A DNA stretch of 64,000 nucleotides, taken from the IMG/VR virus record IMGVR_UViG_3300043419_000665, positions 1 through 64,000 of that record; one strand, 5' to 3'. The first letter of the stretch is position 1. Every line of letters starts with the position of its first letter. Made by a program: the position numbers and the translations under genes. Positions 38,048 to 47,271 of this stretch are shown here, piece by piece. The notes under the pieces are model-generated. The model was not told the DNA's origin and did not search any database. It was given only the letters and a program-made list of their open reading frames with translations. This stretch comes from an uncultured virus (IMG/VR IMGVR_UViG_3300043419_000665) (taxonomy: Duplodnaviria; Heunggongvirae; Uroviricota; Caudoviricetes).

Positions 38048-38752
38048 TTATACCATGCTGGAGGGTGTAGATTCGTCTAATTTTTCGTAGGTTAATCCCA
38101 TGCCAATTCCAAAACCAGCCTTTTGTGCATTATATCCCTGAAGTGCAACAATATCTTTAGAATCAGATGCTTGTCCACCACTGAATACTCTGGCTTTCAT
38201 TTCTTCCCAGGCATTTTGTTTTCCACTGGCTTCGTCTAAGTTAACACCTTGCATAGCAGCAAGAAACTTCTTTTGAGAATAATCAAGATCTCTCTTAGTC
38301 TTAAGTGTTGCCATTATCTCTGGCATTGACATAGATGATTCTAACTCATCGTAGTCTTTCCAAATCCCCAGCAAAAATACCTCTGCTTCTATCTCTGCTA
38401 AATCTAAGTCATCCCAAGTAGAGCCACTTTCAGTTGCTTGCTCTTTTACTGGCTCTTCTGATTTTTCGTTTATTTTTATTCCTGCTGAATAATCTAATAG
38501 TTTATATATTGTTGGCATGTCAATATTATCCTCAAGTTGCTCTTGAGTCTTTATGCTTGGATAATATTGTCTCATTGTGATTGTTGCACATCTACATAAA
38601 GAGTCAATTGCCTCTGTATCATTTCTTGCTTCTTTAACACTTTCAAACTCACGTAAAAATAACTTTAAGTATTTTATCTTTAATGGCGTTATATACAACT
38701 CTGTTCCATCAAAGAGTTCGATGGTGGAGGTTTTGTATATTTCTGTAGGCAT
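38048..38752 (-). CDS. Tail assembly chaperone (long, G-T-like fusion)
   Basis: After the major tail gene; C-half W..YDELESSMSMPEI resembles a T-type domain; leaderless ATG 6 nt after TGGTATACT (38759-38767). Confidence 0.7.
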   Translation of the reverse strand: MPTEIYKTSTIELFDGTELYITPLKIKYLKLFLREFESVKEARNDTEAIDSLCRCATITMRQYYPSIKTQEQLEDNIDMPTIYKLLDYSAGIKINEKSEEPVKEQATESGSTWDDLDLAEIEAEVFLLGIWKDYDELESSMSMPEIMATLKTKRDLDYSQKKFLAAMQGVNLDEASGKQNAWEEMKARVFSGGQASDSKDIVALQGYNAQKAGFGIGMGLTYEKLDESTPSSMV

Positions 38753-38772
38753 TGTATAAGTATACCAAACAG

Positions 38773-38803
38773 AAAGGCCCAACCCCGAAGGATTGAGCCT
38801 CTC
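38773..38803 (-). terminator. Rho-independent terminator after major tail gene
   Basis: AGGCTCAATCC-TTCG-GGGTTGGGCCT then TTCTGTTT. Confidence 0.8.
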
Positions 38804-38818
38804 GTATATTAAGTTATA

Positions 38819-39442
38819 TTATGCTGCTGGGATAGTGCGGTCTACGATCTTACCGTATGATGCATTATCATTTGGAAGAAGACGGAATGATACTTCGAAC
38901 ATTGTCGCTTCGTCTCTCTTTGCAGATACTGTTACGCTCTCGATTGAGAGTGCACGGTATGCTACGTAAACTCTTTCGAGTTCGTCTCCAATTGCACAAT
39001 CTCCAGTTCCTGGACCAACTGCAACCAAACCACGTTCGACTGGGCATTCGCCGATGTCTCCTGCTGAAAGATTAAGTGTTGGGTTTCCTGATACTGTTGC
39101 TAGATCTGCATCCTTGCCTGCTAGTGCAAACAATAGGTTCTCTAGTGTTGATTCTGCGAATGTAGTATTTAGGTTTACCTGCATGCCTTGCTTGAACAAC
39201 TTAGCAACGTCAAGTACCTGGTCTACTGCTACTTCACCGAAATCTGGCTGGAATTGAATTTCCAAACCATTCATTGTGTAACCAACATTGCGGAAGTCTG
39301 CATCATTAGAAAGTGTCTCTCTGTATGATGTTCCTGCCACATATGCTGGAAGTGCGTTATCTGTTAGTACGCCATCTTCATGTGTGAAGAGGGCTGCTGC
39401 TCCAACAATAATATTGTTGCTGCTACCACGTGTATATGCCAT
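38819..39442 (-). CDS. Major tail (tube) protein
   Basis: NIIVGAAALF..VGYTMNGLEI..VAVDQ..TFAESTLENL..FEVSFRLLP; strong RBS, own promoter (39497-39505) and terminator. Confidence 0.85.
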   Translation of the reverse strand: MAYTRGSSNNIIVGAAALFTHEDGVLTDNALPAYVAGTSYRETLSNDADFRNVGYTMNGLEIQFQPDFGEVAVDQVLDVAKLFKQGMQVNLNTTFAESTLENLLFALAGKDADLATVSGNPTLNLSAGDIGECPVERGLVAVGPGTGDCAIGDELERVYVAYRALSIESVTVSAKRDEATMFEVSFRLLPNDNASYGKIVDRTIPAA

Positions 39443-39512
39443 TTATTTCACCTCTTTATTTTCTTATGGATTAAAGGGGCTTGTTTCCTCATATTAAGTA
39501 TAACATGCCTTT

Positions 39513-40073
39513 TTATGGGTTTACAATTGAGTTTTCTTGGTGGTACTCGAAGTCTATAATTATCTTGTTTCCGCCATATGTTCTGGCTGTTCCGAAATCT
39601 ATTATATCTCTGACTTCTTCTAATTGATATACCCTAAACTTATGGAAAAAGAATTTACAATCCATTCCATCTATTGGTCCTTTGGCCTTGGCCCATTTGT
39701 TAATCTCTTCTGCGGTCTCATCTTCACGATCCATTAGTCTTAGTACTGCCTCCTGTACCCTAACCATTTGCTCAGTAACTTCTGACTCTGTTGCATAAAA
39801 ATAGTATAACAACTGCTCTTGCTTTATGTGTGGGAAAGGTGATCGACGCATTCGCACTAATCTATCCCAGGTGGCCATAATTCCTTTATATGGATATATG
39901 TTGTTTTCTACTGTTATCCAAGATTCTGTTAATTCGTCAATAGATGCTGGTCTTGATGGGAAAAAAGGAACACCTATACCAACATCAAGTGTTTCATCTG
40001 CTGCCATCTTTTCTTGTAAATATTTGTTGATCCAGAGTGTTGGTGTATTAAAAGTTGAACTTGATTCTGCCAT
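39513..40073 (-). CDS. Probable tail terminator/completion protein
   Basis: Synteny: last gene before the major tail gene. Confidence 0.55.
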   Translation of the reverse strand: MAESSSTFNTPTLWINKYLQEKMAADETLDVGIGVPFFPSRPASIDELTESWITVENNIYPYKGIMATWDRLVRMRRSPFPHIKQEQLLYYFYATESEVTEQMVRVQEAVLRLMDREDETAEEINKWAKAKGPIDGMDCKFFFHKFRVYQLEEVRDIIDFGTARTYGGNKIIIDFEYHQENSIVNP

Positions 40074-40750
40074 TATGCAATCCTCCCTGCATTAGCCACC
40101 CATTGGTATCCAGTCTTTAATCCTAAAGACCTACCGCCTCTTTTTGCTGCTGATAAATTTTTCTTATAAAACTCTGGATACTTAAAGTACTGAAGAAGCC
40201 CACTTGCGTTTAAGAATGATTGTCTAAAGTATACACCAAAAAAGTTATTAAGAACATTTTCAAACTGTCCCTGTGTTTGTCCACCAGGATTGTCAACAAC
40301 AACATCTCTTGAAGTATAAACCTCTTCGCCATTAATTTCAAAACGTAGAGCGTTTGCTCTTACAGGCTTAATAGTGACCGCAACACCTTCTTCCATAATC
40401 TTTGCTTTATTATAGAAAGGAACATTTGAGCCATTTTTAATTGAAGTTGACTGCTTTAAAGACGATGTAAATGTTATGCCAATCTTGCTAATTTTGTAAT
40501 CTAAATCAAATAGTCTTGCTTCTGGACTTCCAACTTTTTCCCACTCATAGATGTGGTGAAGTAATTCTGGAGACATTCTTGCATTTACGTCAATGAACTG
40601 TGACGCTAGTTCTGTTATCTTTGGTGCTAATGCCATATAGAATTCAGACTTACCATTCTGTATACCCTCGACAAATCCAGTCGAGTATTTCATTATGTTA
40701 TTAATTTCTTTTTCAAATTGCCTATTATCAAATACCACTTTTAACATCAT
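40073..40750 (-). CDS. Probable neck/tail-completion protein (HK97 gp10 position)
   Basis: Synteny; LHHIYEW..GSPEARLF. Confidence 0.5.
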   Translation of the reverse strand: MMLKVVFDNRQFEKEINNIMKYSTGFVEGIQNGKSEFYMALAPKITELASQFIDVNARMSPELLHHIYEWEKVGSPEARLFDLDYKISKIGITFTSSLKQSTSIKNGSNVPFYNKAKIMEEGVAVTIKPVRANALRFEINGEEVYTSRDVVVDNPGGQTQGQFENVLNNFFGVYFRQSFLNASGLLQYFKYPEFYKKNLSAAKRGGRSLGLKTGYQWVANAGRIA

Positions 40751-41193
40751 ACATCTACCGCCTGATTTTCGGACCTGCGAATTACCAGGTTGTAGTATTC
40801 GATTCCACCAAAAGGTCCTACAAAAGGCTCCTGTGTAGCAATCTCAAATATAGTTGACTTGCCTGATCTTGGACCAGATGTTTCCATATAAATTTCGTTG
40901 CAGTTCTTGTCACGAATGTTAGTTAAAATAATGTTTGTTATAGAATGAGGGGCATCTAAACTTGATATTCTTAGGTCTGTCTTTGCTCTTCCAATTAAAC
41001 TTGATCTTTGGGTAATATTTACATTGGGTCTTACTTCTTCGTTTCCTGCAGAACCTACTGCATTAAAATTAGCAGCAATAGTCTTATCTAAAACCCAAGT
41101 CTTTTTAACATTGCCATAGGTTCCTTGCTCAACAATTGGATAGTAAATATCCGCTTGCAATGGAAATATAAAATCTGGCTCTTCGCATATCAT
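40747..41193 (-). CDS. Probable head-to-tail stopper/closure protein
   Basis: Synteny; beta-rich ADIYYP..GTYGNVKKTW. Confidence 0.55.
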   Translation of the reverse strand: MICEEPDFIFPLQADIYYPIVEQGTYGNVKKTWVLDKTIAANFNAVGSAGNEEVRPNVNITQRSSLIGRAKTDLRISSLDAPHSITNIILTNIRDKNCNEIYMETSGPRSGKSTIFEIATQEPFVGPFGGIEYYNLVIRRSENQAVDV

Positions 41194-42101
41194 TAAATCA
41201 TCCCTGGTTTAAGAATAGTATTTGCATACTTATCTAATATCTTATCTACTAGCATATTTCCAGTTCCATTAAGAACTGACTTATCAAATTGAATCCTAAA
41301 CTGATCTGTATTGTATGCAGTCACATATCTCTTATAATAATCCAACTTTCCACATTTTATATCTTCCATTAATGTTTTTGTTGCATACTCTACGTCAGAT
41401 GGAATTGTTTTATACCCGCAGTCAAGAACAAATGTATAGTCATATCCCGCTGGAAAAGAGGCAAACTGAAACCCAAAGTATCCAAGGTCTCCTCTTCCTA
41501 TTGGAAGGTTTGGAACAGCCTGCTCAGATCTGTTATATACACCAGAAATAACTCTTTGAATTGCAGAATTATCTAATGTAATCAAATATTCATACTCATT
41601 TAGTTCTGGAGTATCGACATCATAAACTAAAACATTGTTTTCATAAACTTTTAAAACCTTGCTTGTGTCGTACCATAATGGGAAATAATCAGATCCCTGA
41701 CCAACTGCCTGAACAATCTTTTTGTAATTGTAAAATCCATTTGGAATAATTGTGTCAATAATTGATCTTGATACAAGTTCAAGCATTCTGTATTCTGCAA
41801 TTTCTGATGCTGTAGTGCCAAGTTTATTTGCATTTACATATGGACGAATAACATCTAAATTGCTTTCATAAAGAATATGCTCACGCTCTGCATCATAAAA
41901 ACGAATAAGAAACTTTCTATCAAACTGTATTTTTTCTAATTGTAATACGTATTCAACTATGCCATCGGCATCTGACTGTACTTCTGTTTCTATTACTGAG
42001 TGATCCACCAAATCCTCAACATATTGAATATATGTGTAGTTTGGTATGGGTAATTCCCATACTGTCACAATAGGATAAGGTGGAACTCTCATAACCTCCA
42101 T
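41193..42101 (-). CDS. Head-to-tail adaptor protein
   Basis: C-terminal GYKTIPSDVEYAT..TGNMLVDKILDKY adaptor-like motif; synteny. Confidence 0.65.
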   Translation of the reverse strand: MEVMRVPPYPIVTVWELPIPNYTYIQYVEDLVDHSVIETEVQSDADGIVEYVLQLEKIQFDRKFLIRFYDAEREHILYESNLDVIRPYVNANKLGTTASEIAEYRMLELVSRSIIDTIIPNGFYNYKKIVQAVGQGSDYFPLWYDTSKVLKVYENNVLVYDVDTPELNEYEYLITLDNSAIQRVISGVYNRSEQAVPNLPIGRGDLGYFGFQFASFPAGYDYTFVLDCGYKTIPSDVEYATKTLMEDIKCGKLDYYKRYVTAYNTDQFRIQFDKSVLNGTGNMLVDKILDKYANTILKPGMI

Positions 42102-42104
42102 TGC

Positions 42105-42614
42105 TTACTTACCGAATTCCTTAGCAACTTCTTCTGGTGTTGCTACACGAACATGTGAACGAGTAAGCCACTTTTCAGCAGCATCCTTTTCAACAATGTT
42201 GTAGCCACGATAAACCTTGCCTACCTCTGACCATGTAACATTTTTTGTTGAGTAAATTGCTACCTTTTCTACAACTGAGGCTTCTGCCTTCTTCTTTGCT
42301 GGTCTTGGTTGACGAACTGCTGTCGTTGCTCCAATTGCACCATCTCCTACTGTGCCAAGTGCTGGAACTTCCTCTATATGTGATTCATATGAAGGCGTTG
42401 TGATTGCAGTTACTGGCTCTTCAACAACTGGTGCTGGAGCCTCTACTTCAGGTTCTGCTGGAGTTTCTGTCACAGGTGCTTCTTCAACAACTGGTGCCTC
42501 GTGGACCACAGGTGCTTCTTCAACAACTGGTGCCTCGTGGACCACAGGTGCTTCTTCAACAACTGGTGATTCAACTACTGCTTCTTCTGGTGCAGGATTA
42601 TTTAAATTTTCCAT
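42105..42614 (-). CDS. Acidic repeat-containing head-region protein
   Basis: (VVEEAP/VVHEAP)n N-terminus, compact basic C-terminal domain; AGGAGG RBS and TGATATAAT at 42633-42641. Confidence 0.6.
   Translation of the reverse strand: MENLNNPAPEEAVVESPVVEEAPVVHEAPVVEEAPVVHEAPVVEEAPVTETPAEPEVEAPAPVVEEPVTAITTPSYESHIEEVPALGTVGDGAIGATTAVRQPRPAKKKAEASVVEKVAIYSTKNVTWSEVGKVYRGYNIVEKDAAEKWLTRSHVRVATPEEVAKEFGK
42473..42580. repeat. In-frame 18/36-bp tandem repeat
   Basis: caggtgcttcttcaacaactggtgcctcgtggacca repeated about 2.7 times. Confidence 0.85.
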
Positions 42615-42652
42615 GTTTTCCTCCTAAATAGTATTATATCATTATAAGTAAT

Positions 42653-42686
42653 AAGGGGAGCAGGAGAACTAACTCCTACTCCCCCT
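42653..42686 (-). terminator. Terminator after major capsid gene
   Basis: GGGGAGTAGGAG-TTAGTT-CTCCTGCTCCCC then TTATT. Confidence 0.75.
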
Positions 42687-42705
42687 AAAATGTACTGTTT
42701 ACAGA

Positions 42706-43851
42706 TTATGCATCTGATGCAGCGTCAGCGAATGCGATTGCATCCTGCTCTTCCCACTGAATACCGAAGCGAACAAAGACTGTGTATTCTACAGTATCCT
42801 TCTTTGGCTTGTATTCGCGGTTTACAGTGATGTCACGCTGGAATCCCCATACACGGTTCTGTGGGAATGTCAAGTCAACATATCCTGCAGGGTAGTATGG
42901 AACTTCCTGTACGTCAATTCCGAGAACACGTGTTGTACGTGCTCCACCGAATGTCTGTGCTCCACCATCAAGGTATGCCTGACGGTTTGTTGGAGTACCA
43001 CCAGCACGTGATGCAAATGCTTCAGCAACTGCGTCTGCTAGTGTACCGTTATTCTTGACGATACCCTGGAATGCGTCTGTACCAGCATAGAACTTCAAGT
43101 TAGACTTGATAGCACGATACTTACGTGGCATTGCTAGGATAATGTTCTGCATTACATCTGTTGTCCAGGCGTTATTAGCGACTGTTACAACTGACTCATG
43201 AGCATCTCCGTCTGTCTTAACACGGTTTACGAAACCTTCCATAATTGAAAGGAAGTTTCCTGTTGCGCCATCGCCATTGATTGCAAGGTCTTCGATATCG
43301 TTACCGAAAGCATTTGTCATCAAACGGACAATGTGATCTTCTAGTGCTGCACCTTCGATATTATCTTCTAGTGCTTCTGCAGATACTTCCCAGTCAAGAC
43401 GAATCTTCTTTGTAGTCAATTCAACCTTTGAGAATGTTGCACCTGCGTTTGTGTAATCGCCAACTGCTTGCGCTGCTGCACGAATGACACGCTCTCCGAC
43501 GTTTACCTTTTCGAGTTCCATTGTGTTGGCTCTCATTGTAACGCGACGGCCATCTTGGGCGAGAATGGTTGCATCCCACACGTAGTCAATAAAACGACGT
43601 GCCTGCTCTGGGCGTAGGATACCTGATCCAGCCTCACCTGAAGGGTTAACTGCATTTGGTCCAGATGTAACGCCTGATAGTGCTGTTGGGATATTTCCTA
43701 ACACGCCACCATCGGTGTAATTACCTGGTACGTTTGAACCTGCTTCAGATCCAGATGCGAATGCACCTTGTCCCTGATACAGTCCTGGTGCTGTTCCACC
43801 AAGATTACCTGATGTTCCAGGCTGGTTCTTTTCTATATTTTGTTCCGACAT
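42706..43851 (-). CDS. Major capsid protein (HK97 fold)
   Basis: GILRPEQARRFID..LEDNIEG..FGNDIEDLAINGD..NRVWGFQRDI; follows protease/scaffold; AGGAGGTG RBS. Confidence 0.9.
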   Translation of the reverse strand: MSEQNIEKNQPGTSGNLGGTAPGLYQGQGAFASGSEAGSNVPGNYTDGGVLGNIPTALSGVTSGPNAVNPSGEAGSGILRPEQARRFIDYVWDATILAQDGRRVTMRANTMELEKVNVGERVIRAAAQAVGDYTNAGATFSKVELTTKKIRLDWEVSAEALEDNIEGAALEDHIVRLMTNAFGNDIEDLAINGDGATGNFLSIMEGFVNRVKTDGDAHESVVTVANNAWTTDVMQNIILAMPRKYRAIKSNLKFYAGTDAFQGIVKNNGTLADAVAEAFASRAGGTPTNRQAYLDGGAQTFGGARTTRVLGIDVQEVPYYPAGYVDLTFPQNRVWGFQRDITVNREYKPKKDTVEYTVFVRFGIQWEEQDAIAFADAASDA

Positions 43852-43886
43852 ATTGTCACCTCCTGTGATTTTTACTTATTTGTTTT

Positions 43887-45203
43887 TTAATTGAATAAGT
43901 CGGCTGTTTTGAGGAAACTACCGCCCCATAGGGATTTTTCAACCGTTTCAGGTTGATTCTGTACTATCTCGCCGAGATCGCCAGACTTTCGGAAAGCAGT
44001 GTCTTGCTCTACAAGTTCCACACGCTTACCAAATTCATTGAATGTATTTGTTGCTGCTGCAATATCTTTTGCAACTGCTTCAAATGATTGTTTTGCTGTT
44101 TCAACATCTACCTTTGAAGACTTAAGCATTTCTACTTCTGCCTGCAAAGACTTTACTGTTGAAACTAGATCGCTAAAGGCTGATTCTAGAGTATTTTTGA
44201 TTTCTTCAACTGATTCAACAATTGTTTCATCTGATTTAGATACCTCTGTAACTTCTTCAACTACATCAACTGCAGGAGCCTCTTCAGGCTTTGCAACTTC
44301 TTCTACTGCTACGACTTCATCAGCCTTAACAACATCTTCTGTAGGTGCATCTACTACGGCATCAACCTCTGGAGCGACCTCTGACTTTTCTACTTCTACT
44401 GCTGCTTCTGTTTCAATAACTTCTGCAACTGCTTCTGTGTTTTCTGTCATAGGTTGTACCTCCTTGTTAATCTTAGAAGTATTAATGCCTTTAGCACTAT
44501 CAACTAAGAATTTTATCATTGTTGTTTTTTCACTATCCGTTTTTTCAACGAACCCTATGTTTTCCATTTGCTCACCAGTAATTGGGCTAAGTTCTGATTC
44601 ATTTTCAGATGCTATAACTATTCCATTTTCCTTGTCGTAAAAAACATTTTCTAGCACTGTTTCGTCTGCCTTGATAACATCTACGCCATCAACCTTTTCA
44701 ACAGATACTATATTTGCAAATTGATTTGCTGGGGAATCTACAAGACTCAACTCAACCAAATCATATTCCTTAATAACTCTAATTGTTTTGTCTGCCTTCT
44801 CATCATAGGCATCGTCCCACTTGTTCATTCGTCCACCAATAGAAAAACCAGTCAAAGTTCCATCAAGAACTTTCTCCCATGTATCCTGTGCACCCTTTGA
44901 AACATATGCAGATACAAATACGCCCTTATAAAACTTCTTTGTTTCTGGATCAAAATACTTATCTTCTTTAAAGTCTACCATCTTGCCTACTGCTACTGGC
45001 TGATGCATTTCTCTAATGTTCCCACGGAATTTTGCAAAGGCTGCCATTGATGCTTCTGCGGTTACGATGTCATCCTGCTTATCAATATTGTCAAGGGATG
45101 CAAAACCAGATACAATTCTGCGTTCTTTATCTACCTTGGTTAAAGGCATAGATAGGCGAATATTATCACCATCTGAATTCCAATGCGCTTTTGATATAAT
45201 CAT
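43887..45203 (-). CDS. Prohead protease fused to acidic scaffold
   Basis: RIVSGFAS..DKQDD..REMH..TLTGFSIGG..ELSLVDSPAN; Glu/Val/Ala-rich coiled C-half. Confidence 0.88.
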   Translation of the reverse strand: MIISKAHWNSDGDNIRLSMPLTKVDKERRIVSGFASLDNIDKQDDIVTAEASMAAFAKFRGNIREMHQPVAVGKMVDFKEDKYFDPETKKFYKGVFVSAYVSKGAQDTWEKVLDGTLTGFSIGGRMNKWDDAYDEKADKTIRVIKEYDLVELSLVDSPANQFANIVSVEKVDGVDVIKADETVLENVFYDKENGIVIASENESELSPITGEQMENIGFVEKTDSEKTTMIKFLVDSAKGINTSKINKEVQPMTENTEAVAEVIETEAAVEVEKSEVAPEVDAVVDAPTEDVVKADEVVAVEEVAKPEEAPAVDVVEEVTEVSKSDETIVESVEEIKNTLESAFSDLVSTVKSLQAEVEMLKSSKVDVETAKQSFEAVAKDIAAATNTFNEFGKRVELVEQDTAFRKSGDLGEIVQNQPETVEKSLWGGSFLKTADLFN

Positions 45204-45241
45204 GGTTATTATATTATATACCCTTTTTTGCTAAAGTATCA

Positions 45242-46849
45242 CTATTCGGACATTTCGGTCAGATCATCAACCTTACGGCCTTCGCCTTTGGGATTTCTTC
45301 CACTTACTGTGGCTTGTCCATCAGACTGGTTGTTTGTTCTTTCAGTGTCCCTTGCTCTGTTAGCATTATCGTTTGCTGTCTGTTCTGGCTTTGGATCAAA
45401 CGGCTCGTTGCCACCCTCGATTTGAGGAAGTCCAAGAAGTTCTCGACCTTCGTTTGGTAGCATAACCTGTGTCTTAACAAGTCTTTCGATAATCTGTGAT
45501 TGAGCAATTTCATCTGTAAGTGTAAGTTCATTGAACTTAAACTCAAGAATATCTGTCTTTTCTTTTACGATCTTGTTGATCATTTTTTCAAGATTTCTTT
45601 GTGCTGGTCTTGCAACCTGCTCTTTAAATGTTCTATCCTGTGCAAGTGCTGCAGCAATAGCAGAAGAGTCTCCTCCGCCAATTTTTGACAAAGGCACCTG
45701 GTGAGCAACAAGAATATCATCTCTATTTTGCTTACGATATTCCTTAAAGGATGCTTCCTGAACACCATTTTCAACTGGGTCCATTTTAAACTCTACCTTG
45801 TTTGTGTCAGAGTCTCCTGGAAGAGGAATGTAAAGTGTTCTATGGTTTTGTCCCTTAAGTCCAGTCTGTAAAAATCTAAACATCTTGTCTTCTGCTTCTG
45901 GAGATAACTTTGCACCTTTAAGAGTTACAACATATCTTGGCGTTGCCTTATTCTGGAAATAATCAATGTTATATTGTGACGCAAGTTGATCACCATGAAG
46001 AGATCCAATTGCTGACATTATATCTGGGACACCATAAAAAGTATTTAGTGGTGAGTATTCTTTAAAATGAATAATCTCATTTGGTCTTGTGTCTGCTCCT
46101 ACTGGGTTTGGATTTGTTGCTCCGAAATTACGGAAGTATACAACCTTGTTTCCAATAACCTGAACAAACCCATCACGAAGACGACGCACACGCATTGTAG
46201 TTGATGGGATGTGCCCTACATAACCAATATCTCCACGAACTGTTCTACCTATTTCAAGATATGCATTTCCTGTTGACTGTAGGTCAGTAAATACCTTTTC
46301 CATAGTTGTAGTAAATGAGTCTTCATCGTTTAAAGATTCTAGCCAATCAGTTAACTCAATCTTTGCTCTTTCAATTCTTTTCCTTGCATTTTCTGCTGTC
46401 TTTGGTTCTGATGCCTCTAACTTAAGCATTGTTCTCTTAGAGACCTTAAACTCATATCCAAGTCCAACAATGTTTTCTACCTTTGCATCAATTGCAGCAT
46501 GGTTTGCAAATGAAGTGTCGTAAAAACTTGCTAGTTCGTACAAGTTCCATGGTGGCGTAATTACATCAAATAAGCCGTATGCATTTCTGTATACAGTTCC
46601 TGAATTAATTTCTTTTGATCTTGCACCATCAATACCGACGCTCTCTGCTCTCGAACTATCGATGTATCCCTGTGTTGCTTCAGTTTTTACAATACGAGAT
46701 GTTCTTCTTTTAAAGTTGTTGTCTAAGCCTTGCAAATCTTTAATTACATCCCATGTTTGATTAAAAGGGTCTTGCTTTGTAAAAGTATCATCTGCTGGTA
46801 GTGGAGAATCTGTTTTTGCTCTAATAAAGAATTCTTTTTCTTCACTCAT
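45242..46849 (-). CDS. Portal protein
   Basis: DLQSTGNAYLEI, NEIIHFK..FYGVP, YFQNKATP, ILVAHQVP, PNEGRELLGLP. Confidence 0.9.
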   Translation of the reverse strand: MSEEKEFFIRAKTDSPLPADDTFTKQDPFNQTWDVIKDLQGLDNNFKRRTSRIVKTEATQGYIDSSRAESVGIDGARSKEINSGTVYRNAYGLFDVITPPWNLYELASFYDTSFANHAAIDAKVENIVGLGYEFKVSKRTMLKLEASEPKTAENARKRIERAKIELTDWLESLNDEDSFTTTMEKVFTDLQSTGNAYLEIGRTVRGDIGYVGHIPSTTMRVRRLRDGFVQVIGNKVVYFRNFGATNPNPVGADTRPNEIIHFKEYSPLNTFYGVPDIMSAIGSLHGDQLASQYNIDYFQNKATPRYVVTLKGAKLSPEAEDKMFRFLQTGLKGQNHRTLYIPLPGDSDTNKVEFKMDPVENGVQEASFKEYRKQNRDDILVAHQVPLSKIGGGDSSAIAAALAQDRTFKEQVARPAQRNLEKMINKIVKEKTDILEFKFNELTLTDEIAQSQIIERLVKTQVMLPNEGRELLGLPQIEGGNEPFDPKPEQTANDNANRARDTERTNNQSDGQATVSGRNPKGEGRKVDDLTEMSE

Positions 46850-47253
46850 TAGTCATCACTTCCATACTTAGCAATAGTATCCTTTGCTGCTTGAACAGCA
46901 CCAAGGTCGTTCATAGAAGGAATCAATCCTTCTGCTAGTCTTTGCTTTTGCTCAGAGTATTCTTCTTCTGAGATTCTTGTTAATCCTGGTACGAAGATGC
47001 ATTCACCATCTCCTTCATCCCCGTAATATTTTGCAGCATCCTTTAGTTTAGAAATCTGAAGGATATCACCTTTCATTGACTCAATATTTAAAACAGAACC
47101 ATTTCCATCTGTAAACCACTTGCCATTGGCCTTTTTGTATACATATAGACCCCAATCATAATGCTTTTCAATAATTTTTGCACGGGACTCTCCCACTTGC
47201 CCCTTCATTTTGGGCAGTTGCTTCTTCTTTTTGCGTGGATCTTCCATATTCAT
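46849..47253 (-). CDS. Hypothetical protein upstream of portal
   Basis: TAATG-coupled to portal; leaderless ATG 7 nt after TGGTATACT (47261-47269). Confidence 0.6.
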   Translation of the reverse strand: MNMEDPRKKKKQLPKMKGQVGESRAKIIEKHYDWGLYVYKKANGKWFTDGNGSVLNIESMKGDILQISKLKDAAKYYGDEGDGECIFVPGLTRISEEEYSEQKQRLAEGLIPSMNDLGAVQAAKDTIAKYGSDD

Positions 47254-47271
47254 ATACTCAAGTATACCATA

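Noticed and set aside
38048..38752. Programmed -1 frameshift in the tail chaperone
   Set aside because: The G-like and T-like parts are already in one frame and I saw no XXXYYYZ slippery site at their junction.
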